Assembly: GCA_965279035.1 (NCBI GenBank)
Contig: OZ257142.1
Location: 3,008,001-3,072,000 of the forward strand
Origin: Bacteroidia bacterium
GTDB taxonomy: Bacteria; Bacteroidota; Bacteroidia; M30B66
DNA: 64,000 nt
Reading direction: 5' to 3'
Position numbers and translations under genes: made by a program. Below the pieces are notes generated by a model that was not told the origin of the DNA, searched no databases, and was given only the letters and a program-made list of their open reading frames with translations. Below are positions 18,642 through 27,006 of the stretch, piece after piece (positions within the stretch are counted from its first letter, which is position 1; each line of letters starts with the position of its first letter).

Positions 18642-19820
18642 ATGAAAAATAGTATCCTTCTGTTTTTCCTAGTATTTATAGGAAGTTCAGTCCAATCACA
18701 AATTTATTCTGTAGGACATACCCAACAAATATTTACCGATCCTTCGCGTTCCAATCGAAGTATTCCTGCCGAAGTTTATTATCCATCAACTACTGATGGT
18801 GATAATGTCCCCATTGCTTCTGGACAATTTCCTGTCCTCATTTTCGGACATGGATTTTTAATGACATACGATGCATACAATGTGATATGGGATTGGATTG
18901 TTCCTGAAGGATTTATTATGGTATTTCCAACAACAGAAGGTTCTATTTCGCCATCACACACCGATTTTGCAAAAGACCTATCATTTTTAAATGGAGCGAT
19001 GAAATCGGAAGGATTAAACTCGAGTTCATTTTTCTACAATGCAATTGCAACCAAATCGGCCGTAATGGGACATTCAATGGGCGGTGGTAGTGCATTTTTA
19101 GCTGTTCAATATGATCCTACAATAACAGCATTAGCAACAGTAGCGGCAGCCGTTACAAATCCTTCTTCGGTAACAGCAGCTTCTTCTATTACAATTCCTT
19201 CATTAACTATTTCAGGTGCTAACGATTGTATTGCACCACCAGCTAATCATCAAATTCCGATGTATTATGCACTTGGTTCTAGTTGTAAATCGTTTGTGAG
19301 CATATTAGGAGCTAGTCATTGTCAATTTGCAGGAACGAGTTTTACGTGTTCATTAGGAGAAGCAACGTGTACGCCCGGTCCAGCCCTTGCACCTGCTCAA
19401 CAACAAGCAACTGCAAATTTCTATTTAACAACCTGGTTAAAATTTCAATTACAAGATGATTGTGCTTCAGGTCTTGATTTTCAAACAACGATTAGCACCG
19501 CCATTTCAATACAAGGACAACAAAACTGTTCTTTAACTTGTACTTCAACTGGTGAGAACATTCATTCAATACTATTTAAATTATCCATTCAACCGAATCC
19601 ATTTAATTCTGTATGCACAGTAAAATGTGAAAGAGAATTAAAAGATGCATCCTGTGTTATTTTAAACTCTCTAGGACAAGAAGTGAAATTGATTCAAGGA
19701 ATTCAAGGAAAAACCTTTGAATTTTCAAAAGCGGAGCTGAATTCAGGAATATATTTCATTCAAATTCAAGAGAACAATCAGGTTCTTGGAATTCAAAAAT
19801 TGATAATTGCGAATGATTAA
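18642..19820 (+). CDS. T9SS-secreted alpha/beta hydrolase (chlorophyllase/cutinase-like)
   Basis: Signal peptide, HGF oxyanion, GHSMGGG nucleophile elbow, GANDC (Asp), GASHC (His), and a type A CTD (IQPNPF...GIYFIQI...KLII). Confidence 0.85.
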   Translation: MKNSILLFFLVFIGSSVQSQIYSVGHTQQIFTDPSRSNRSIPAEVYYPSTTDGDNVPIASGQFPVLIFGHGFLMTYDAYNVIWDWIVPEGFIMVFPTTEGSISPSHTDFAKDLSFLNGAMKSEGLNSSSFFYNAIATKSAVMGHSMGGGSAFLAVQYDPTITALATVAAAVTNPSSVTAASSITIPSLTISGANDCIAPPANHQIPMYYALGSSCKSFVSILGASHCQFAGTSFTCSLGEATCTPGPALAPAQQQATANFYLTTWLKFQLQDDCASGLDFQTTISTAISIQGQQNCSLTCTSTGENIHSILFKLSIQPNPFNSVCTVKCERELKDASCVILNSLGQEVKLIQGIQGKTFEFSKAELNSGIYFIQIQENNQVLGIQKLIIAND

Positions 19821-19849
19821 ATTATTGAATGTGTGTTAACTTAGAAATT

Positions 19850-20812
19850 CTACTTCTTATTTTTTTTATTGATTTTTCTAAAATAGCGTTGTAATAAAAA
19901 AGTATGTTGCAATGCTTCTAAATCGGCATCGAGTTTCTTTGAACCACTGTCTAAATTGGCTAATGTTTGTTTGATGTGAGTTCCTGTTTCAGCATCATTC
20001 AACAACAAGCCCAAAGGAGCATTGGTCGAATTTGCAGATTCTTTTACACTGCTTACAAAAGCAGATGCTGAATCTATGATTTCATGAAATTGAATAGCAC
20101 TTAATTTAAGTGAATTAAATAGAATAGTATCGCTCACTAGTTCATTAGCAAGAGAACCTTTTTTATTTAAACCTTTGGAATAGGTAGTGATAGAACTTAA
20201 AAATTCGTTTGCCTTCTGAGATGCATGATTGAGCGAGGTTCCAGCTTCATTCAATTGATTATATAAATCATCCTCTTTTAATAATTTACCAATAGTCCCA
20301 TTTCCATTTGATAAATCACTACTCACCACCTTTAAATCATTTGTAATTGCTAAAATATTTTTATTGTTTTCTTGTAAGGTATTAATCATATCGTCTGAAG
20401 TAAATGTTTTTTCAACTCCAAGTTGATCTCCTTGTTCTACAGTAGGATGCAAAGCAGTTCCCCCATAGATTATTAATATTTTATTCCCAATTAATCCATC
20501 CGTACTGAGTTTAACATATGAATTTTTTCGAATAAATGGAACTGAATTAACATCCACTTTCAATTCAACTCGTACTTTATTGTTTTCAACAAATTCAAGT
20601 TTACTAACAGTGCCAACTTTTACTCCCGAAAACCAAATATTATTTCCTTCTTTCAAACCATTTACATCATCAAATAGAGCAATTAATGTGATTTTTTGTT
20701 TAAAGGTTTCATGTATATTACCAATAACTAAGATGCCAGCTATAAGAAATATCAATCCCAATAAAACAAATATTCCAACAATTACAGGACGCCTTTTTGA
20801 TTTATTTTCCAT
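19850..20812 (-). CDS. mlaD: MCE/MlaD family substrate-binding protein
   Basis: N-terminal TM; FDDVNGLKEGNNIWFSGVKVGTV and DGLIGNK MCE motifs. Confidence 0.88.
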   Translation of the reverse strand: MENKSKRRPVIVGIFVLLGLIFLIAGILVIGNIHETFKQKITLIALFDDVNGLKEGNNIWFSGVKVGTVSKLEFVENNKVRVELKVDVNSVPFIRKNSYVKLSTDGLIGNKILIIYGGTALHPTVEQGDQLGVEKTFTSDDMINTLQENNKNILAITNDLKVVSSDLSNGNGTIGKLLKEDDLYNQLNEAGTSLNHASQKANEFLSSITTYSKGLNKKGSLANELVSDTILFNSLKLSAIQFHEIIDSASAFVSSVKESANSTNAPLGLLLNDAETGTHIKQTLANLDSGSKKLDADLEALQHTFLLQRYFRKINKKNKK

Positions 20813-20814
20813 GA

Positions 20815-21585
20815 TTAATGTATAAAATTGTAGGAGTAAAACTTCTTTATTTCCTCATTCTCTGTAAGAAATACTTCATCAAATTTTCCAATTTTCTGAA
20901 AACTTCCATTGAGTAAAATAGCTACCCGATTGCCTGTTTCACGGGCACACGTTAAATCATGAGTAATGATTAATGACGTAGTCTTATATGTTTTTTGAAC
21001 TTGGTTGATGAGTTTATTTATTTCTGAAGATGTTATAGGATCCAAACCAGCTGTTGGCTCATCATACAACATAATTTCAGGTCTTAAAATTAATGTTCGA
21101 GCTATACCTATTCGCTTTCTTTGTCCACCCGATAAGTCGGAAGGCATTACATGTATCTTATCCATTAATCCAACGGCATTGAGCACTTCTTCCACTGCAA
21201 TTTTTATTTCTTGTTTACTCAATTCCTTTTTATTCATTTCTAAAGGAAAACGGATATTTTCCTCAACACTCATGCTGTCGTATAAAGCACTATTTTGAAA
21301 GGAAAATCCAACTCGTATTCTTAATTTATTGAGTTCTTTTTCAGAAATAGCATTCATATCTTGTCCGAGAACTTTTACATCACCACGATCGGATTTTATT
21401 AAGCCAACCAGAATTTTAATTAATACAGATTTTCCACTTCCTGATTTACCAAGAATTACAACATTTTCGCCTTTTCCAACGAGTAAATTAATTCCGTTTA
21501 AAACAGCTAAATCACCAAAGGATTTATATAAATCGTTTATTTCAATGATTGAATTTGAATTTGGTATTATAGGCTCGCTTTTCAT
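20815..21585 (-). CDS. mlaF: MlaF-type ABC ATPase
   Basis: GKSGSGKS, LSGGQRKR, LYDEPTAGLDP; start taken at the ATG 21585. Confidence 0.9.
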   Translation of the reverse strand: MKSEPIIPNSNSIIEINDLYKSFGDLAVLNGINLLVGKGENVVILGKSGSGKSVLIKILVGLIKSDRGDVKVLGQDMNAISEKELNKLRIRVGFSFQNSALYDSMSVEENIRFPLEMNKKELSKQEIKIAVEEVLNAVGLMDKIHVMPSDLSGGQRKRIGIARTLILRPEIMLYDEPTAGLDPITSSEINKLINQVQKTYKTTSLIITHDLTCARETGNRVAILLNGSFQKIGKFDEVFLTENEEIKKFYSYNFIH

Positions 21586-21587
21586 CT

Positions 21588-22382
21588 TTAATAATATCGA
21601 ATCCAATTAGAGACTTGAACAATGAGTATTTCTTCTATGAAAATCACAAAAATGGAAATTACTACTGCTTCATTCGCTGCTATTCCAACGCCTCGTGTTC
21701 CTTGACTAGCATTAAATCCTTTATAACATCCAATGGCTCCGATGGTAAATCCGTAGAAAATTGCTTTGACAACTGCAGTAAAAAAATCTAAAAAACTAAC
21801 ATTCGAAAATGCATTGTCGATATAAGCGAAAAAATTGGTTGACTCATTGGAATAGACATTGGTGAACGAACCAAATAATGCCACTATGGTGCAGTAAAAA
21901 GAAAGAATTGGAATAGTGATTAATGAGGCAGTAACACGAGTGGCAACTAGATATTTAAATGGATTTATAGCTGAAACTTCCATAGCATCTATTTGCTCCG
22001 TAACTTTCATGGAACCCAATTCAGCACCGATTCCAGAACCAACTTTCCCAGCACATATTATAGCCGTTACAAGTGGTCCTAATGCTTTAACAATGGCAAT
22101 TCCCATTAAAGAGGGCAACCAAGAAGTCGCACCTAAATCTTCTAATGGAGGTCGCGATTGTTTGGTGAAAACAATGCCAATAATAAATCCTGTGAGTGTA
22201 ATTAATGATAAGGACTTAACCCCAATTTCATAACATTGATTTACAATTTCCTTAAAGTGAAATGGAGGAATTAAAAGGTTCTTTAGTAATTGAATAAAAA
22301 AATGGAATGCTTTGTATAAACCTGTAAAATAGGCATCAAGCTCTTGGGATAGAAAGTATTTAGGAGAGCTTTTTTCTGGCAC
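21588..22382 (-). CDS. mlaE: MlaE-type ABC permease
   Basis: LGPLVTAII.AGKVGSGIGAELGSMKVTEQIDAMEV signature. Confidence 0.9.
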   Translation of the reverse strand: MPEKSSPKYFLSQELDAYFTGLYKAFHFFIQLLKNLLIPPFHFKEIVNQCYEIGVKSLSLITLTGFIIGIVFTKQSRPPLEDLGATSWLPSLMGIAIVKALGPLVTAIICAGKVGSGIGAELGSMKVTEQIDAMEVSAINPFKYLVATRVTASLITIPILSFYCTIVALFGSFTNVYSNESTNFFAYIDNAFSNVSFLDFFTAVVKAIFYGFTIGAIGCYKGFNASQGTRGVGIAANEAVVISIFVIFIEEILIVQVSNWIRYY

Positions 22383-22529
22383 AAAAAGGACATATTAAGT
22401 TAAATAAATCATCATTTCTAATAAACAAAAATGAAGATTTCCTTTCTGAGCAAATTATATATTTATGGAAATAATTTACATAATTCTTCTTATTTCAATT
22501 TATTAAAAGAAATAATGAAATAATTCTAA

Positions 22530-22886
22530 TTAGTTCCCCGAATAAATACAGCCCGAAGTGCAGGTTTCAGCAACTTCAACATCTGAAAGTTCTGGTAATG
22601 CAGGTTTCACTTTATTCCAAATCCAAATGGCCAACTGCTCACTTGTTGGATTTTCCAATCCATCAATATCATTCAAATAATTATGATCAAGCAAATCGAG
22701 AAAGGGCCTAAATGCCTTTTTCAAATCCCCAAAATCCATAATCCAACCAGTTACAGCATCGGGTTGCCCTTCTACCCAAAGTCTAATTTTATACGAATGT
22801 CCATGCAAGCGACGACACTTATGTCCTTCAGGAACTGCTGGTAAAAAATGTGCAGCTTCGAAATTGAAATCCTTGTAAATTTTCAT
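22530..22886 (-). CDS. queD: 6-carboxy-5,6,7,8-tetrahydropterin synthase
   Basis: [30 protein letters not shown] and ETCTSG motifs; TAATTTTG -7 box upstream (22922-22929, minus strand). Confidence 0.95.
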   Translation of the reverse strand: MKIYKDFNFEAAHFLPAVPEGHKCRRLHGHSYKIRLWVEGQPDAVTGWIMDFGDLKKAFRPFLDLLDHNYLNDIDGLENPTSEQLAIWIWNKVKPALPELSDVEVAETCTSGCIYSGN

Positions 22887-22968
22887 GGTAGAATTCGGTG
22901 AAACATCGAATAATTAGCGGTCAAAATTAGCGCATTTTGTGCATTAATACATGATCTAAATCACCAAT

Positions 22969-23769
22969 TTATTGAAGCTTAAAACTTATAGGTAAAGTGT
23001 ACATAACAGCCACAGGTTTGCCTTCTTGTCGCCCTGGAATCCATTTGGGCAAACTCGAAACAACACGAAGTGCTTCTGCATCAAGCAATGGATGAACACT
23101 TCGAATAATCGTACAATCGCTCACTAAACCATCACTCCCAACCTTAAACTTCACAAAAACTTTCCCTTCAATACTTTTCTTTCGACATTCTTTGGGATAG
23201 CGTACATTATTAGAAATATACTGATAAAGGGCTTGTTCTGTACCCGGAAATTGGGGCAATTCTTCAGCTGGAAAATACGTTGTATCTGCCCCACTCTTCG
23301 TATAACAAGTTCCTTTAATCATCTTGCCAGCATCGTATAGTTCTTTCCTACGCATTTTCCCATCAGGAGTATACCAAAAATGTGCACCAATGGCTAAATC
23401 ATTTCGATATTCTCCCTCAAAACTCACTTTTCCATTCGGATAAAAGATTCGTTCATTCCCATTGCGCATTCCATTTTTATAAAATATCTCTTGCACCTTT
23501 TCTCCTGTTTTTAAATACTGTGTATAAATTCCATCTTTAATTTCGCGTGGAATGATAGAACTTACTTGATATTCCGTTTTAATTGTTCCACTAATATCAA
23601 ATTCCCGAACAAGAAATCCTATCGCTTGTGGACTTGATATTTTATAGCTAGAAGCTTCAATCTGATTACAGGATTGTCCATCCTTATTGAAATAAAGTGT
23701 ATCACTCTGTGCCCAAATGGAAATGGAAATAGTGAATTGAAAAAGCAAAACAAAAACGAAACGCCTCAT
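22969..23769 (-). CDS. TonB family protein with N-terminal MORN-type repeats
   Basis: Signal peptide, MORN-like repeats (FYPNGKVSFEGEY) and a C-terminal TonB domain (PQFPG...YP...EGKVFVKF...LDAEALRVV...WIPG...PISF). Confidence 0.88.
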   Translation of the reverse strand: MRRFVFVLLFQFTISISIWAQSDTLYFNKDGQSCNQIEASSYKISSPQAIGFLVREFDISGTIKTEYQVSSIIPREIKDGIYTQYLKTGEKVQEIFYKNGMRNGNERIFYPNGKVSFEGEYRNDLAIGAHFWYTPDGKMRRKELYDAGKMIKGTCYTKSGADTTYFPAEELPQFPGTEQALYQYISNNVRYPKECRKKSIEGKVFVKFKVGSDGLVSDCTIIRSVHPLLDAEALRVVSSLPKWIPGRQEGKPVAVMYTLPISFKLQ

Positions 23770-23811
23770 GGATTTAAATAAAAGAAAGGCAAATTAACGA
23801 CATTCAATGAA

Positions 23812-24012
23812 TTAAAGTTTGTATTCAAACCATATAACTTCCTCAATTGCTAATTGAAATACGCGCGCAATATCACTCGCTAATTTCAAGGATGGATTGT
23901 AGCGATTGTTTTCTAAATGTACAATCGTTTCACGCCGTACCTGAACACGATTCGCCAATTCCTCTTGAGAAATACTTAATTCTTGACGTAATTGTTTTAT
24001 CCGGTTTTGCAT
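23812..24012 (-). CDS. XRE-family HTH transcriptional regulator
   Basis: MQNRIKQLR..SQEELANRVQVRRETIVHLENNRYNPSLKLA; start taken at the ATG 24012. Confidence 0.9.
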   Translation of the reverse strand: MQNRIKQLRQELSISQEELANRVQVRRETIVHLENNRYNPSLKLASDIARVFQLAIEEVIWFEYKL

Positions 24013-24028
24013 CACCGGACTGCTTTTT

Positions 24029-24364
24029 TCAACTTCCTTTTCGGTCATAAATGGTGTACGAAATCCCCACTGTTAAACACATAAACCAAGTTATTCCTTG
24101 AATTGCTAAAATTAGTTGATCGGTCGATGGTTTTTGAATAATAAAAAATGCCAAAATCACATTTGCAATAATCGCTGCAATAAAGCCATTTCGAGCGGCT
24201 TTATCACTATTTTGTTTCATTCGTTCGTCTTTGGTCACTTTACTAAAGGCGCCAAAAGCTAAAAACGATAAGAAAGTTAACCAAGAATTATCCCCGGTAA
24301 TAGGTGCTAAAACAGCTAATACAGCAAGGAGAGTGAACAGTTGAAGAGTTTTACGTAGTTGCAT
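24029..24364 (-). CDS. Small membrane protein (DUF3796/DUF2178-like) paired with the XRE regulator
   Basis: TM helices with a DER motif (KDERMKQNSDKAARNGF). Start at ATG 24364, because the longer ORF runs through the operator palindromes. Confidence 0.65.
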   Translation of the reverse strand: MQLRKTLQLFTLLAVLAVLAPITGDNSWLTFLSFLAFGAFSKVTKDERMKQNSDKAARNGFIAAIIANVILAFFIIQKPSTDQLILAIQGITWFMCLTVGISYTIYDRKGS

Positions 24365-24378
24365 AGTGTTAATTTTAT

Positions 24379-24416
24379 ATGTTACAAATATATAACATGT
24401 TAGATATATATAACAT
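24379..24416. promoter_or_regulatory. Tandem palindromic operators ATGTTA-N8-TAACAT
   Basis: Copies at 24379-24398 and 24397-24416 (18-bp period), ~15 bp upstream of the membrane-protein/XRE operon. Confidence 0.75.
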
Positions 24417-24434
24417 CTCAACTATTTTTTTTCA

Positions 24435-26219
24435 TCAACATTTCATGAACCTATAAGACTTCACCCGATTAGTATTCTTTAACCGAATAAAATAAATTCC
24501 CGATTGAAAATTTTGGATATCTAGAATTTCTTTTGCATTTATTGTTCCTTGCATCATGAGCTTTCCTGCAGCATCTTTAATTTCAAATTCTGTATAAATG
24601 CCCATCGTTTCAATGACTAATTTGTCATCAACTGGATTGGGATACAATTTAAATCCTAATTCATTTTCACTTGCAATTAAATCAGTTATAGTAATTTGAA
24701 TACTATTCGAATTTGCCGAAATACAACCCAATTCACTAACTATAACGTAATAAATTCCTGTGGCATTCACTGTTAGATCTTGAGCAGTTTCACTAATAAG
24801 AATCCCATCTTGATTATACCATTGATTTCCATTGATAGATGACGAATGCAGCGTATTTCCATTGAGAGTAATAGTGGGTGTTTCTGGTAGTGGATTCACT
24901 TGTACAAACAATGTCGATTCTCCTCCTTTTCCATAAACATTCACACCTCGTACAGTAATTTCCCCCGAAAATGCTGACAAATTAATATTCACCGTAATGG
25001 AATTGCTCGTACTTGTCCCAATAAATCCTGAAGGTAAAATCCATTCATACGAATTCGCTCCCGCAATGGACGCAACAGTATATGTGACGGAATTTTGTCC
25101 TCTACACGTGCTCAAACTCCCTATAATAGGACCGCTACACGCAGGAAGATGATTCAACAATACGCGATACAATAAAAATGTAACTCCATCCATTCCCGAT
25201 GGATCTGAATTCGTCAATCCACAAACAACAGCATTCATACAATCATCATAAATCATTTTACTTCGATAGCCCCAGGTTCTACCTCCATGTCCCCAATAGG
25301 TGTGATTTTGAGTTGTTTCACGGCTTAATCCAAGTCCATAATCGTATGTGGGCGATGGAGTTGCAACGAACGTAGTTAATTCACTAAGCGATTGTTGATT
25401 TAAAATCTGACCATTAAATAATGCAGCATACCACTGAGCCATTTCGCCCGATGTAGAATAAATTGCTCCAGCTGCACCGCCTGCCGTATTTAAACCCGTT
25501 GTTGACGTATCGTTATAATCAATCGTATTCCACCAACGATGCGCCACTGTTCCAACCCAAGGTTCTTGCACATCATAAAATGTGCTATCCATATTCAATG
25601 GAATTAAAATACTATCTCGAATTAATCTTGAAATATGAAATCCAGTAATATTTTCTGCAATCATTCCAGCAATTACATAATTTATATTCGAATAGCCCCA
25701 ACCTGTACCTGCTGCAAATTGTGGAGTTCCAACCCATCCCAATACTTCCTCCGGACTAAAAACGCGATCTGAATTATTATTAATTGTATCCATATACGGT
25801 GCAACAAATAATGGATCCGAAATTCCACTCGTATGATTTAATAATTGTCGAACCGTAATAGCAGAATTAATATTCGGATGCGCTGGCAACCATGTTCCTA
25901 TTGCAGCATCCAGATTAATTTGATTGTTTTCGGCAAGTTTCAACATCACCGTCGAAACAAATAATTTCGTATTACTCGCAATTCCAAATTCCATATCCGA
26001 ATTTATTGGAACACCCGTATGCGATAAACCAGAAACACCTTTCCACATGCCCTGTCCAGGCAAATACACACTAGCCGACATTCCCTTAATATTCGAAATC
26101 AACGATGTGTAATACGTTAATGTATCCTGCAACATGTTCGTTAATTCCGGCGATAGCGTTTGGCTTTGGCTTTTTTGAATGCATAATAAAACCAGAAAAC
26201 TTAATATAAATTTCCTCAT
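24435..26219 (-). CDS. T9SS-secreted serine hydrolase (beta-lactamase/D-Ala-D-Ala peptidase family) with Ig-like domains
   Basis: ASNTK (SxxK), LLNHTSG, YSN, GHGG; C-terminal LYPNP...GIYFIRL CTD. Confidence 0.88.
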   Translation of the reverse strand: MRKFILSFLVLLCIQKSQSQTLSPELTNMLQDTLTYYTSLISNIKGMSASVYLPGQGMWKGVSGLSHTGVPINSDMEFGIASNTKLFVSTVMLKLAENNQINLDAAIGTWLPAHPNINSAITVRQLLNHTSGISDPLFVAPYMDTINNNSDRVFSPEEVLGWVGTPQFAAGTGWGYSNINYVIAGMIAENITGFHISRLIRDSILIPLNMDSTFYDVQEPWVGTVAHRWWNTIDYNDTSTTGLNTAGGAAGAIYSTSGEMAQWYAALFNGQILNQQSLSELTTFVATPSPTYDYGLGLSRETTQNHTYWGHGGRTWGYRSKMIYDDCMNAVVCGLTNSDPSGMDGVTFLLYRVLLNHLPACSGPIIGSLSTCRGQNSVTYTVASIAGANSYEWILPSGFIGTSTSNSITVNINLSAFSGEITVRGVNVYGKGGESTLFVQVNPLPETPTITLNGNTLHSSSINGNQWYNQDGILISETAQDLTVNATGIYYVIVSELGCISANSNSIQITITDLIASENELGFKLYPNPVDDKLVIETMGIYTEFEIKDAAGKLMMQGTINAKEILDIQNFQSGIYFIRLKNTNRVKSYRFMKC

Positions 26220-26332
26220 CAGAAATAGTTTTTGAATTCATTAAATTTACCACTATTAAAGAAATTATTGGAATATATCTCAGAGAATATGAACATGTAT
26301 TTTAACAAGTTAGTATCATTTAATTCCCTTTT

Positions 26333-26392
26333 GGGCAAATAATAAAAGGACTTCCGCTAAGCTTCATCCCTTTTATTACCGCGCTTTCGCCC
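26333..26392. repeat. REP-like imperfect hairpin
   Basis: TAATAAAAGG (26340-26349) pairs with CCTTTTATTA (26369-26378); outer GGGCAAA/TTTCGCCC arms; GC-richer than its flanks. Confidence 0.5.
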
Positions 26393-26584
26393 ATGCATGG
26401 CATTTGGCTCTATCGCTTTTGCAAGAATACTCTCAAACTAAATAAACCTGTTGAATGGTAAAATTAAAACACAATTCAAAAATGTTAATCGCATATGCAA
26501 ATATTGAATGTTAGTGGAAGGCTCTAAAAATTAAATTATATTAAACTAAATTTAGGTTTAGAAACGTATCAGTGCGATGGCTAT

Positions 26585-26729
26585 GTCTGGGCGGCGAGGG
26601 TGTGTTTCGACTTTCATTAGAAAAATGAATTTCCGAGCAGAATGGTCGAAAAAAGGCCATGCGCGCAAGCAGCATCGTCCAGACTTGAACTTCTTTGGTT
26701 ACTTTCTTGTTTCAAGACAAGAAAGTAAC
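26585..26729. repeat. Structured REP/MITE-like or ncRNA-like element with a terminal perfect hairpin
   Basis: Perfect 13-bp stem GTTACTTTCTTGT/ACAAGAAAGTAAC (26698-26729), preceded by nested stems GTCTGGGCG/CGTCCAGAC, TTTCGAC/GTCGAAA and TTCATT/AATGAA. Confidence 0.6.
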
Positions 26730-27006
26730 ACGTCGTAGACAAACATGAATGATATATTAACAAGTTGCTTTAACAGCTTTATTTCATTGATTGATATGAA
26801 ATAATAAAATTGATAAATCAACCACACATAGGTTTAGATAATTAGAATTCAACAATTAGTTAAGAATTAAATTCCATTGAACCAATTAACTTCATTCAAA
26901 ATCCAACGTATATTGCAAGACCATTTGATTAAATCAATCAAAATCTACCTGACCAATTCATTCATTATTTCTCGGAAATAATAATGTATCCATTCTCTCC
27001 ATCTGC

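Noticed and set aside
22887-22968. Possible preQ1 riboswitch upstream of queD
   Set aside because: The leader after the -7 box is only ~30 nt, with no preQ1 stem or A-rich tail consensus.
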